A program made the translations under genes and the position numbers. 64,000 bases of DNA. It comes from Felis catus. Lineage: Eukaryota. The stretch is from positions 128,590,001 to 128,654,000 of the forward strand of contig NC_058368.1 in NCBI RefSeq assembly GCF_018350175.1, given 5' to 3'. This document shows positions 36,906 through 50,604 of the stretch, in pieces; the first letter of the stretch is position 1; every line of letters begins with the position of its first letter. Under the pieces are notes generated by a model. The model did not search any database. It saw only the letters and a program-made list of their open reading frames with translations, and had not been told where the DNA came from.

Positions 36906-38985
36906 AGTACTTTATATTATTTATATGTGTTTCCTTTTTTAAAAAGAATATTACAGTAGTTGGATTTTCTAGCCTGAAAATCATTTCTGTTTTATTTATC
37001 TTTTAGTTTATTTTTAACTGTCGAATTATGAAATATTTCAGACATATAGAGAAAAGGATAAAACAAACTTCCATGTACCCATCATTCATTTGCAACAGTT
37101 ACCAACTCGTAGCTAAATTTTATTTTCTCCCTTTCCTCAACTCATCTTTCCTCTTATTTTGAAGCAAACACTAAACATGATGTTAATTTATCTGTAAGCA
37201 TCTTAGTATATGTCTCTTAAACACAAGACTCCTCTTTTTAAATATGACAGTAAACCATTATCTCATATAGAAATCAACAATTTCTTAACATCATTAAATA
37301 TACTTTTTGTCACATTTCTCTGGTTTTCCCTGGTCATGTTAATTTATTGATTTGTTTACTTATTTTTACAGTTTGTATAAATGTAGCTCCAAACAAAATC
37401 TTTACATTATTATTGCTAATATGTTTTTAAGTCTTTTGTAATTTGTAGGTTGTCTTTTTATGTGGATAACCCCCCCCCCTTTTTACACACAGATCCCTGA
37501 TTTTGGGGGAGCAAATGTATAAAAAAAATTAAAAAAAATTTTTAATGATGGCATTAACCCATTTATATTTGTTGTAGTAAGTGGTGTATTTAGTACTACT
37601 ATAGTCATCTTATTTTTTTTGCTTTCTGTTGTTTATGTTTTCTTATTTCTGACCACCCTCCTTAGATGACTTATGCAGCATAGCCTTCATTTTACTTGAA
37701 AGTGATTGTACCAAGTGATACCTGTGTGAATGCCATATGCCTATGTTTTCCCATAGGGCTCTGGTCAGATTTTTCTGGGAGAACTATACTGATTACTCAG
37801 AATGCTTTACTTTTAGCCCCTGCAAGTTGGAATCTTGAGAATGTCAATATCAGGTCAGATTTTTTTTATCGCCTTTGATCTCAGGCCAGCTACTACCTTT
37901 TTTTTTTTAAACCAATTTTTTTTGCCCTGTGCTTTCAACTCTACTACTCTAACCTTGGGGTTCTTTCACAACTAATTTTTGGGAAAATCTATAGAGATGC
38001 TTCCAGTGAGGCTTGTATGTCTGCTAATTCGTAAGCCAGTCAGCATTCCTAAGTTTGCCTTCCAATTCACCCTGTACCATTCATTAATTTCTCATGTGGC
38101 AAATACTTATTCAACACTGTTTTATGAAAAACATACCTGTTTTATGTATTTCATATCTATTTGCCTCCGTTTCTGGTCTTTTGATGGTACCTTTAGCTAT
38201 TTTCCAGTGTAGCTTCATTCACCCCCCCACCTTATATTTTGAAAAATAAATGAAATAAACATAAATCAATGGCTATTTTATTATTTTTTTTTAAGATTTT
38301 TAAGTAATTTCTACACCCAGTGTGGGGCTCGAGCCTAAAACCCCAAGGTCAAAAGTCGCATGCTCCACTGACTGAGACAGCCAGGCACCCCAATAGCACC
38401 CAGGCTATTTTAAACTGAAGTTTACATTTTTAATTTGTAATACAGATTAGAAACATTTTTTTCCTTCCATTTTGTTCTCAACTTACCATAGCTTCCAATC
38501 GTTTTAGTAATGCTCACATTAATGATAATTATCATTCATCATGTGCCAACTGTATTTCTCATCTATGCAACACTCATATAACTAGGGATTATTATCCTCA
38601 TCTTAAACATAAGGTGATTGTTTGATTTCTGAGTACTGAAATAAGCTACATGATACAGAGTAGGTACTCACAAAACAGCTGTTCAATGAATTGAGATATT
38701 TATGGACCCAAATTATAAAAATAAAAACAAAGCAAGATTTTAAAAGCTACAGGAAATAAAGAAGTTGCTTTACAAAATCTTAAATCAGGTGATTAAGGTA
38801 TATATATTTTTTATTTATGGTAAATGGCCAAATATTCTTCAGGAACTAAAATGGTCTCATTATAAATAAGAGTATCTTTTCCATAACTTTTCTAGCATGC
38901 TTCTGCTTTGGACTTAGCTTAGTCAGGGACCTTCCAAATTTAGTTTTATTGCTAGCCTCAAACTTCTGTTAAGATACCCAGTCTT

Positions 38986-39170
38986 GGGGCGCCTGGGTGG
39001 CGCAGTCGGTTAAGCGTCGGACTTCAGCCAGGTCACGGTCTCGCGGTCCGTGAGTTCGAGCCCCGCGTCAGGCTCTGGGCTGATGGCTCAGAGCCTGGAG
39101 CCTGTTTCCGATTCTGTGCCTCCCTCTCTCTGCCCCTCCCCCATTCATACTCTGTCTCTCTCTGTCCCAA

Positions 39171-39209
<39 letters not shown>

Positions 39210-39218
39210 GAAGAAAAA
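38986..39218 (+). mobile_element. Young felid SINEC_Fc-type element
   Basis: CpG-rich ggcgcagtcggttaagcg..ttcagccaggtcacg..ctgggctgatggctcagagcc; TSD aagataMccagtctt at 38971-38985 and 39219-39233. Confidence 0.93.
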
Positions 39219-39383
39219 AAGATAACCAGTCTTATTTTTTTTTCTTTAAGGATGAAGGTACCATCATCTGAAACTTCAAAACCTGCATCATCTACTGTTT
39301 CATATAATTACAGAGTTGTGTTGTTTTTGATAATGTTGCCTCAACCTGTTTGTATTTAGCACTTAAATAAACTAAAAACTATA

Positions 39384-39520
39384 GGCTCTGTGCTTATAGC
39401 TCTGATCCTGGAACCTGTTTTGGATTCTCTCTCTTTTTCTCTCTCACTCTCTCTCTCTGTCTTTCTCTGCTCACACTCTGTCTCTCTCAAAAAATAAACA
39501 TTAAAAAAAATTATAGATAT
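39384..39520 (+). mobile_element. 5'-truncated Can-SINE
   Basis: TSD actaaaaactata at 39371-39383 and 39521-39533. Confidence 0.85.
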
Positions 39521-40004
39521 ACTAAAAACTATAATGAATTAGTACCAGATTAAGATGTAGTTATTTAGAATCAGACAAATCAGATGGTCAGAATTATTGA
39601 ATAAGATGTGTCTTGTTTCATTAGGTAATTGGAAGACTATGATACAGCTCTTTAATGTGGTATTTAGTCTAACATTTGGGAAATGAAGAAATTTCAGATT
39701 TTTCCAGCAGGTGGCAGCATTGTTTAAAATAATTGTAGGTTGCCAGTTTTTTCAGTATTTTTCTGTGAGCTGCTTTGAGGGAAGAAGGAAGAATCTTTTC
39801 TCTAAAATAATTGTATTTATACTTTTTCTTCTAAATAAACCCTGCACTACTGCTTTATAAACTTCTGTCTCTTAATACCAGGGTTTTAAAATAACACAAT
39901 GGATTTTACCTAGTCATTAATGAACAATAAGGGGCAATTATATTTTGAAGAATTCATGAAGACTTAAAAAAATACATATAATTTTTAGAACAGCAAGCAA
40001 TATT

Positions 40005-40590
40005 CTTTTTTATTTAAAAAATTTTTAAGTTTATTTGTTTTGAGAAAGACAGAAACAGTACGAGTTGGGGAGGGACAGAGAGAGAGGTAGAGAGAGAATC
40101 CCAAGCAGACTCCCGCTGTCAGTGCAGAGCCCAGCGTGGGGCTCAAACCCATGACCTAAGCCAAAACCAAGAGTTGGTCCCTTAACTGACTGAGCCGTGC
40201 AGGTGCCCCATAGAACAGTAAGCAGCATTGTATCTTGAGTTGTTAGAGATCACAATGTAATCATTACCATGGACATCATCAAATTGGAAGCTATCCTCAA
40301 ATGTTTTACGATACTAACTAAAACAAACTTTCTGTTTAGGGATATCTAGAAGAAGTTGAACTTACTTTAAAATACTTTGTTGAGGGGTGCCTGGGTGGCT
40401 CATTCACGTAAGCACCTGCCTCTTGATTTCTGCTCAGGTCATGATCTCACTCTTTGTGGGATGAGGCCCCACTTCAGGCTCTGTGTTGTCAGTGTGGAAC
40501 CTGCTTGGGAGTCTCTCTCTGCCCCTCCCCTACTTGTGCTCACACCTGCTCTCTCTCAAAATAAATACGTGTACTTTAAAAAATAAAATA
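40005..40590. mobile_element. Head-to-head Can-SINE pair (minus 40005-40209, plus 40384-40590)
   Basis: ...caggtgcccc and ggggtgcctgggtggctca heads about 175 bp apart. Confidence 0.87.
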
Positions 40591-41810
40591 TTTTGTTGAA
40601 TATAAGGTAATAATTATGAACTTTTATATAGGTTTTCTCAGGGTCGTCTGAAGGTTGAACTTTTAATTTTCTGATCTTCATTTTAATATTTCACTAGTTA
40701 ATTGTGTTTTCCTCTGAGATTATTTCAGTTGCTTACTGAATTCCCTACTTTTGCATATGTATGCATGCCTGTACACTTAATTGTATTTTGGTGAACAGAG
40801 AATACCAACATTTTCCCTGTAGTCCTTGAGTGCATTCCCATCTCATACCAGCAGAACCACATCTGTGTAATACTTTCATCTAAGAGAAAAACAGGAGGTT
40901 GAAATGTATTCACAGTCCTACCTGTCATTATTTTATACTGGCTTTAAAATGAACTTAAGCATCTTTAATCTTGAATTCTGCTTTTCCCTAGCAGGGAAAT
41001 AGGGGATTTTTTTTTTTTTAGCTGAAATGGAAACAAATAATGAATGAGTGACTAGGCTACATTATATCTGTTTCTAAGTGAGGCTTAGTTATGTAAGAGA
41101 AAAGAAGCTTTGAGGATTTTATAATTGCTTTACGCTAAGAGTAGTAATGGCAGTAATGATAATTAGTATTAAATACTGTGAATTAGGCACCATTCCTAGC
41201 ACTTGTCATGATTCACTGTACTTGTGGAAGAATTATAAAAAATAAAATAATATATCTTTTGTTGATTTCTCAAGGTTATTTAGTGATGAACTCCATTTGT
41301 ATTAAAATACTCGCGCAAAACCCAGTTTCTCTGTATCAATGTAAATCAGATGAAACTGTTACTTTTCTTACTTAGCCCTCTCCCTTTTCAGAGTACTACT
41401 CAGTTCAGCAATTCATTTCAGCTGCTATTTTAAGACTTTCTAAGTGTTAGTTATTCCACAAAAATTACAAAATTGAGTTGACATGCTTGCTTTTGGAAAT
41501 GACAGTTGAATGGAGTTGGATAGAGAATTATCTTCAGAATCACAAGCACACTTCACTATATCATTGTTAGAACAAATTTCCAAAAAAAATGGCTTTAGAT
41601 TACATATATTTTTTTAAATTAGTTTTGTGATTTTAACACTGAAGAAGCAATTTCTTTCCTTTTATCTATTGCTTTCGAGGTAACTGGTGTCTCCATCTTG
41701 TGGTCCAAGTGACAAACTGCACTGTTTGCTACAGATTCTAAAGAAGCATTTCCCTCAGCTTTTATCATGTAAAGTTTATTTTCTATGCTTTGTTTATTAA
41801 AAGCATAACT

Positions 41811-42204
41811 CTTTTTTTTCAAGTTTTTATTTAAATTCTAGTTAGTTAACGTACAGTGTTACATTAGTTTCACGTGTGGAATCTAGCGATTTACCACTTA
41901 CACACAACACCCACTGCTCATCACCAGTGCCCTCCTTAGTTCCCCTCACACATTTAACCTGTCCCTCCACCCACCTCACTTCCAGCAACCCTTAGTTTCT
42001 TCTCTGTAGTTAATCGTCTGTTTTCTGCATTGCCTCTTTCCCCCCCTATGTTCATCTGTTTTGTTTCTTAAATTCCACATGAGTGAAATCATGGTATTTG
42101 TCTTTCTCTGACTGCCTTAGTTTACTTAGCATAATACTGTCTTTCCATCCACATTGTTGTAAATGGATAGATATCATTGTGTTTATGGCTGAGTAATATT
42201 CTGT

Positions 42205-42243
<39 letters not shown>

Positions 42244-45200
42244 CACATCTTCTTTATCCATCAGTAAATGGACATTTGGGATCTTTTCTCAGTTTGGCTA
42301 TTATTGATAACGCTTCTGTAAACATTGGGTGCATGTATCCCTTCGAATCAGTATTTTTGTATGCTTTGGGTAAATATCTAGTAGTGAAATTGCTGGATTA
42401 TAGGGTACTTTTATTTTTAACTTTTTAAGGAGCCTCCATACTGTTTTCCAGAGTAGCTACACCAGTTTGCATACCCACCAACAGTGCAAGAGTGTTCGCC
42501 TTTCTCTGCCTCTTGACCAATACCTTTTGTTTGCTGTGTTAATTTTAGCGATTCTGACAGGTGTGAGGTGATATCTCACTGTAGTTTTGATTTGTATATC
42601 CCTGATGGTGAGTGATATTGAGCATTTTTTCATGTGTCTGTTAGCCATCTGGATGTCTTCTTTGCAAAAATGTATATTCGTGTCTTCTTCCCATTTTTTC
42701 AATGGATTATTTTGGATTTGGATGTTAAGTTTTATTCTTTATATATTTTGGGTACTAACCCTTTACCAGATATGTCATTTGCAAATGTCTTCTCCCATTC
42801 TGAAGGTTGGCTTTTAGTTTTGTTGATTGTTTCCTTTGCTGTGCAGAAGCATTTTATCTTGATGAAATCCCAGTAGTTCACGTTTGCTTTTGTTTCTCTT
42901 AGCCTCCAGTGATGTATGTAGTAAAGAAGTTGATATGGCCGATGTCAGGGAGGCTGCTGCCTGTGTTCTCCTCTAGGATTTTGATGGTTTCCTGTCTCAC
43001 ATTTAGGTCTTTCATCCATTTTGAATTTATTTTTGTATGTGGTACAAGAAAATGGTCCAGTTTAATTCTTTTGCATGTTGCTGTCCAGTTTTTCCAATAG
43101 CATTTGTTGAAGAAACTGTCTTTTTTCCATTGGATATTCTTTCCTGCTTTTTCTAAGTTTAGTTGACCATATAGTTGTGGGTCCATTTCTGGGTTTTCTA
43201 CTCTGTTCCATTGATCTATGTGTCTGTTTCTGTACCAGTGCCACACTGTCTTGATTACTACAACTTTGTGATACTTCTTGAGTTCCAGAATTGTGATGCC
43301 TCCAGATTTGCTTTTCTTTTTCAATATTGCTTTGGCTATTTGAGGTCTTTTGTAGTTCCATACAAATTTTAGGATTGTTTCTTGTAGCTCTGCAAAAAAA
43401 AAAAAAAAAAAATGCTGGTAGTGTTTTCGTAGGAATTACATTAAATATGTAGATGGCTTTGGGTAGTATAGACATTTTAATAGTATTTCTTCTTCAAATC
43501 CATGAGCACGCAATGTTTTCCCACTTCTTTGTGTCATCTTCAGTTTCTTTCATCAGTGTTTTATAGTTTTCAGTGTACAGATAATTTACCTCTTTGGTCA
43601 GGTTTATTCCTAGGTATCTTAATGGTTTATAGTGCATTTGCAAATGGGATCGATTCCTTGATTTCTCTTTCTGCTGCTTCATTATTGGTGTATGGAAATG
43701 CAACAGATTTCTGTATGTTGATTTTTGTATCCTGTGACGTTGTTCAATTCATGTATCAGTTCCAGCAATTTTTGGTGGGGTCTTTCAAGGTTTTCTACAT
43801 ACAGTATTATGTTGCCTGCAAATAGTGAAAGTTTGGCTTCTTCCTTGCTGATTCGGATGCCTTTTATTTCTTTTTGTTGTCTGATTGTTGAAGCTAGGAC
43901 TTTAAGTACTATGTTCAAGAACACTAGTGAGCGTGAACATCTCTATCTTGTTCCTGACTATAGAGGAAATGCTCTCCGTTTTTCCCCATTGAGCATGATA
44001 CTCATTGTGGGTTTTTTGTATATGTCCAACTATCCCTACTTTGTTGAGGATTTTTATCATGAATGGAAGTTATACTTTGTCAAGAGCTTTTTCTGCATCT
44101 ATTGAGAGGATCGTATGGTTCTTACCCTTTCTTTTATTAAGGTGGTGTATCACGTTGATTGATTTGCAAATAGCGAACCACCCTTGCAACCCAGGAATAA
44201 ATCCCATTTGATCGTGGTGAATGATTTTTTTAATGTACTGTTGGATTAAATTTGCTAATTTGTTGAGAATTTTTGCATCCATGTTTATATGGAATATTGG
44301 CCTGTAGTTCTCTTTTTTAGTGGAGTCTTTGGTTTTTGGAATCAGGGTAATGCTGGCCTCATAGAGATGAGTTTGGAAGTCTTTTTCCACTTCTGTTTTT
44401 TTGAATAGTTTGAGAAAAATAAGTATTAACTCTTCTTTAAACGTTTGGTAGAATTCCTCTGTGAAACCATGTGGCCCTGGACTTTTGGTTTTTGGGAGAT
44501 TTTTGATTACTGATTCAGTTTCTTTGCTGGTTATCCATTTGTTCCAATTTTCTATTTCTTCCTGTTTTAGTTTTGATGGTGTATATATTTCTAAGAATTT
44601 ATTCATTTCTTCCAGATTGTCTGATTTAGTGGCATGTAATTTTTCATAACATTCTCCTATAATTGTTGTATTTCTGTGGTGGTAGTTGTTATTTCTCCTC
44701 TCTCATTTGTGATTTTATTTATTTGGGTCCTTTCTCTTCTCTTTTTGATAAGTGTCTCTAGGGGTTTATCAATTTTAATAATTTTTTCAAAGAACCAGCT
44801 GCTGGTTTCGTTGATCTGTTCTATTTTTTTGTTTCTATATCACTTATTTATGCTTTAATCTTTTTTATTTCCCCTCTTCTGCTGGCTTTAGGTTTTGTTT
44901 TTCTTCTTCCACCTCCTTGAGGGTGTTTGAGATTTTTCTTGCTTCTTGAGTTCAGCCTGTATTGCTATATACTTCCCTCTGATGACCACTTTTGCTGCAT
45001 CCCAAGGGTTTTGGACCATCTTGTTTTCATTTTCATTTGTTTCCGTATATATTTTTTAAATTTCTTTGTTAATTTCCTTGTTAATTCATTTATTCTTTAG
45101 TAACATGTTGTTTAACATCCATATGTTTGTGGTCTTTCCAAATTTTTTCTTGTGGTTGACTGCAAGTTTCATAGTGTTGTGGTCAGAAAATATGCATGGT

Positions 45201-45471
45201 ATGATTTCAGTCTTTTTGTACTTGTTGAGGCCTTATTTGTGACCTAGTATGTGATCTATTCTGGAAAATGTTCCATGTGCACTCAAAAGGAATGTGTATT
45301 CTGTTTTTTTTAGGGTGGAATGTTCTGAATATATCTGTTAAGTCCATCTGGTCCAGTGGGTCATTCAGAATCATCATTCCCTTGTTGATTTTCTACCTAG
45401 ATGATCTGTCCATTGATGTAAGTAGGGTGTTAAAGTCCCCTAATATTAGGGTATTATTATCAATGAGTTCC
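41811..45471 (-). mobile_element. 5'-truncated carnivore L1
   Basis: ORF2 fragments from the endonuclease GDFN region to the 3' UTR; perfect 13-bp TSD taaaagcataact at 41798-41810 and 45472-45484; RT motif degraded to FAGN. Confidence 0.95.
42207..42240. repeat. (TG)17 microsatellite
   Basis: Read directly. Confidence 0.95.
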
Positions 45472-47774
45472 TAAAAGCATAACTTATTAAACAGACATTG
45501 ATCCAGTCTTCCCTCTAGGGCTTTGCTTAGAAAATTATTTTCTCTCCTTCTCTCCATGTGTTTTTCATATTTCTCTTTATTTGCTTTTCACACTTACAGA
45601 GGACAAAACACACTCAAAGAGACCATTTGAAGTGACCTGTTTTAAGAATGAAATGTTAATAGAAAAAGAGCTACTGTGATGGTGGTAGTGGTGGTGTTGT
45701 GTGTGGGTACCACAGAGGAAAAAGTTTGATTAGTTTTTTATGTTGAAAATGAAACCTAAAATCTTCAGTACAATTCACTATATCATTTCAAGTGTAAGCT
45801 AGTTAACAGAATTGATAATTCATCAAATAATGATTTTTAACAAGGTTTTTCTGACAAAATTATAATAGCACATTATGCCATCCTTCATTTCACATTTGTC
45901 TCTTTTAGTAGGATTAGTAAAAGTGTTATTTTTGTAAAATTTGAGGACTTACTCAAATTTTCTAAAGATTTATTAATCTTTGATTAATATTCTATTCGTA
46001 ATGACCTTTCATGTTTTAATCCTTATTGGTCTATCTCAGTACCTCAGTTAGAAATTTTTTGTGTGATTTTACATCACTTTTATAGACTTCGTGAAGCTTT
46101 CTGTTTCAAGATTTGTTATTTCATGTTGCTTTCAATTAATGCTGTATTTGTAAACTTTGGAAAATTAGGGAAACCAACATACAAATGAAGAAGTTGCCTT
46201 GAAGAGTGAGTAGAAATTCAAATACTGAGTAAATCTTTAAATGTGGACCAATAATATAAGTTTATATAGTGAGTATTTTTATTTGTGTTGAAGCTATTGC
46301 TTTCCTATGTGTACTAGAAACTGCACTTACTCTGTTAATAAATATACAGTCAGTGAGGACTCCAGGACTTAAATACTTTGGCAATGTGCTTTCCCCTCAC
46401 TGGCAAGATTTTTGAAAATGTAGTCAGTGTACTTATTTTAATTCTGATATAGAATTCACCATGCTCTAAGTATCGAACTTTGTACAATATGCCGTCACTG
46501 TGTTATAGTTGATCGCTTTTGTAGACATTTCCCTAACTCTGTGTATTCTTCTGGACAGTGTCCAGATTGTATCAGGTGTTCAGGAAAGTGAGTTTATCCA
46601 TTAGACTGACAGTTAATGACTGAGTGCCAGGCACAGCTGTAGGCATTTGAAATGTATCAATAAATTGAATACTAAAAAATCCATACCCTTATTGATTTAA
46701 CATTGTAGCTAAAGGCCTCAGCTGACAAAAAACCTAGATAATAAACAAATTACATAATTATTCCATTGTGGTAAGTGCTAAGGGAAAAAAAAATAAATTG
46801 GGGTAAAGAAATCAGGAGTACGGGAGGTAGGGAGTAGGTTGAAATTTTAAATGGAACAGTTAGGGTACCTTCATGGAGAAGGTAGCATTTGAACTGAGAT
46901 GTAAAGGGGCAAGGAAGTCAGCCAGGTGGATGGATAGCTGAAGCAGGAACACACAGGTCAGATGGAGTAGTAGTGTAGATTAGCTTTTACTCTGCATAAA
47001 ATGGAGAATTATCCTCAGCACTTATGTTAGTGCTTAGTTTCCTTAGCATCTGATAAACTGAAGGAAATAAACTCCACAGGGTAGGCTCTGGTTTACCTTA
47101 CCTCATTTCCTTTCTTGCTGTGCTTCTGCTGCTTCTCTGTTAAGCAGCAGAAGAGTAAAGAGAAATGTAGTCCCTTTGAGAGTATAGAAGCCCTCGAGAT
47201 GGTTTCACTTTAAATCTAAAAGATTTCATTTTATCTCTAAAATTTGATTTTCTTTTTTTAAGATATTATTTCTGAGGCCTTCCTTTTGGCATATGAAATG
47301 AACCTACATTTAGTGACTGTTCGCAGCAATACCTCTTTTTTTCTTTTCATTTCTTTTTTTTTTCTTTAGGAATCAGATACATTGTTCTATGCCTATGTGC
47401 TATATCTACGAAGGCAGATGGTATAATAGAAGGAGAAATGGACAATGCATAGAAACTAGGGCCACTTTTTGCCGCTTTCATTCATCTCTTGAGTAGTTAG
47501 CGAACATTGTCTCTGCTGGAAATGTGTTTTTAAAATTAATAGACTTTATTTTTTAGAAATATCGTTTCCACAAATTACTGAATGAAATATTTTGAGTACT
47601 TTGGTTAATGATCAAGATAATAAGTAAAACAATAAAAGCATTTTTAAATTTGAAAATACTTTTCCTGCAATACTGGAAGTTAGCATACATTATCATTGAA
47701 GGTCAAAAGTAAAGACCCACTGAGATGTTCAGTATAGAAATAGGTTATTTAAATTTTATGTACACTTTAGTGTA

Positions 47775-47977
47775 ACTTTTTTCAAGTTTGTTTTTGAGAG
47801 AGAGAGAAAGAGAGCAAGCATGAGTGGGGGAGGGGCAGAGAGGGAGGGAGACAAAGAATCCCAGATGTGCTCCCTGATGTTAGCGGGGAGCCCGATGTGG
47901 GACTCAAACTGTGAGATGGTGACCTGAACCAAAATCAAGAGTCAGACGCTTCACGGACAAAACCACCCAGGCACCCC
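47775..47977 (-). mobile_element. Can-SINE
   Basis: ccacccaggcacccc; flanked by tgtaactttt. Confidence 0.88.
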
Positions 47978-50400
47978 AATGTAACTTTTTAAAATAACCA
48001 ACTTTTATCAGAGCTGAGATACATACAAAATACTTCAAATCTATGGTAAAACTTAATGTAGATGCAGGAAATGTGCTTTTATTCAGCAGACTTTTTCATG
48101 TAATTGTATTTTGTTAATTACATGAATTATGGAATATAAAATATAAATGATATTTGGAATACATCATTAGTTGGTTTTTATCTCACCTGTATTTTTTGTA
48201 TTTCCCAAAACATTTTTGCCCTCAAGACTTCTGTTGACCACTCAACCGTCTGTATAAAAGAGTACATAGCATACTCCTACCTAAGTCCATTTTTAGTAGA
48301 GCCACCTTATATTTTTCCTCCATGATTCTTATAGGGGTATTTTCCCCCCGAATCTGAGATTCACTTACTTGATCTTTAAGTTTTCCACATGAAAGCATTG
48401 ACTTTGCATTTGTAGTTTTCCAAAGAGCAACTTAAAACGCTCGTGCTCCCTCTCTTTCTCTCTCTCTCAAAAAATAAACATAAAAAAAAAAAAAGTATTT
48501 CTAAGTTAAACAATTCCTGAATTTTCTTTCTTTACTATCTCTGTTAAACACTGAAAATTAAGTCGGGTAGAAAATTGGAGTTAAAATGTTTTTATTCTGA
48601 TTTTATTATATCAGAAACCACATGCACAGCTTGAATAAGAAAGATAAATCATTAATTCATTTAAATTTTTAACTTTGTGTGTCTCTGTGTATGCATGTGT
48701 GTCTAACTTTAAGATACTGTTATTTCCTTCCAGATATGAATTGTAAATGGAGAGCCTTTTGAATGGCTACTTTTATTCATTTATAGATGAGGCACCTAAG
48801 GTCTGAAATAGATTGTTGCTGGCCCACAGCTCCTAAGAACTCAGACTATATTTTTCCAGTGTGTTTAACAGAAGTGATCTTCAGAGTGATTTAGTAGTAT
48901 GCCAACTTTTTATTAGTATGTACCACACAATAAATACTTTACTCTTTATACCAATTAAACTTTATTTACTTTCATCATATATGTAAGTATATATTTTGCT
49001 AATGTATAAATACTAATAAATACATAAACATAGATTTATAAAATATATAGTTATATATGAAATGTAAATATATATAAATTTATATTATATATACATATAG
49101 ACACACAACACCACATATCTACAAATATATACCTTTTCGTCTGCCTTTCTTTTTAAAATAATCTTCTGTTTATCAGAACCAAAACAAGCTTTATAGCTAG
49201 TTCAAGAAACCATGAAATCAGCAAGGTTTTATGATGGAAGCATTGACACATACCAACAATAGTAGCCCAATACTGTATTATGACTATGTGGCACAGGTTC
49301 ATTAGCACAAAGGATTGGTGATTGCAGTATAGTTTCCAATCAATCTCTTTTGAAAGTCATAAAAATGTGTCTATGGCCCTGTCTTGCAGTATTTCTATAA
49401 TTGTGTCTGACTCCACTAAGATGTTTTCATTTGGGCACAATAGCCAAATAAGGAAAATAACTGAAACATTGGAAATACTGTAAAAACAATTGGTTGAGCT
49501 ATAACTAAGGAAAATGGGTCAAAGCCAGTGTCAGATTTTTGAGAGCTGTATATGTATTTGTCTAGTTCAAATTCGGTATGATGGAAAGGCTGCCAATATT
49601 ATAGTTAAAAAACCTAATTGAGCTCTCTTTGGATACCTTAATTTTGATTCATAAATTGATGACAAATCTTGATAACCTGTTGATATGACATTAGAGTTTA
49701 ATTAGAAAATAAAAGAATTGGGGGAGGAGCCAATATGGCGGAACAGCATGGAAGTTTTTTTTGCGTCTCTCGTCCATGAAATACAGCCAGATTAACACTA
49801 AACCATCCTGCACACCTAGAAAACTGATTTGAGGATTAACACAACAATCTGCATAACCCAAACCACAAAACTCAGCAGGTACATGACGCAGAGTGGTGAA
49901 CTGGGGAAGAGAGAAGCTGCAGAGGGCAGGGACTTGTTTTTGCTTGTGGAGAGAGGACACAGATGGGGGAGAGTTCGGAAAAAGCACTCCCCCCCAAAAA
50001 CAGCTGGAGAGAAAGTGGAAAAGTGGAAACAGCCACAGGGAATGAACTAAAAAGGGAGAAAGGACAAAGGAGACGGTTTAAATTCCATTAAGACTCTATA
50101 AGCGGGGAGCACAGAGGCTAGAACTCCACAGCTCGATACCTGGCAGTGCTCTGGTGGGAAGGGTAAATCCCCAGGAGCAGAGTGGGGTCTGGGAAGTTCT
50201 CAGGCCACGCAGGGAGAAGCGGTTCCACTACTGGAAAGACACTTGGTAGAGACTGTGTAGCCACCTGGTCCCAGCAGACCCCAGAGAACAACCACATTCA
50301 CTGGTGCTGGCAGGCCATTAAGGGTGAAGCCTAGTGCCAGATGTGTGTTGTGATTTTCCATAATCTCTGAAGCCCTGCTGCTACACGATTGCATGAACTT

Positions 50401-50604
50401 AAAAAAAAAAAGTTTTTTTAATGTTTATTTATTTTTGAGAGAGTGAGACAGAGCGTGAACGGGGGAGGGCCAGAGAGAGGGAGACCCAGAATCGGAAGCA
50501 GGCTCCAGGCTCTGAGATGTCAGCACAACGTGACCAACCGTGAGAACGTGACCTGAGCCGAAATCAGACGCCAAACCGACTGAGCCACCCAGGCGTCCCT
50601 TCAG
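50401..50604 (-). mobile_element. Can-SINE inserted in the L1 5' UTR
   Basis: TSD ttgcRtgaactt at 50389-50400 and 50605-50616. Confidence 0.9.

Noticed and set aside
48975..49130. TA-rich stretch with apparent palindromes
   Set aside because: Low-complexity sequence; self-complementarity is expected by chance
49700..49720. TSD for the full-length L1
   Set aside because: A-rich flanks give only loose matches (agaaaataaaag versus agaaaaattaag); not claimed
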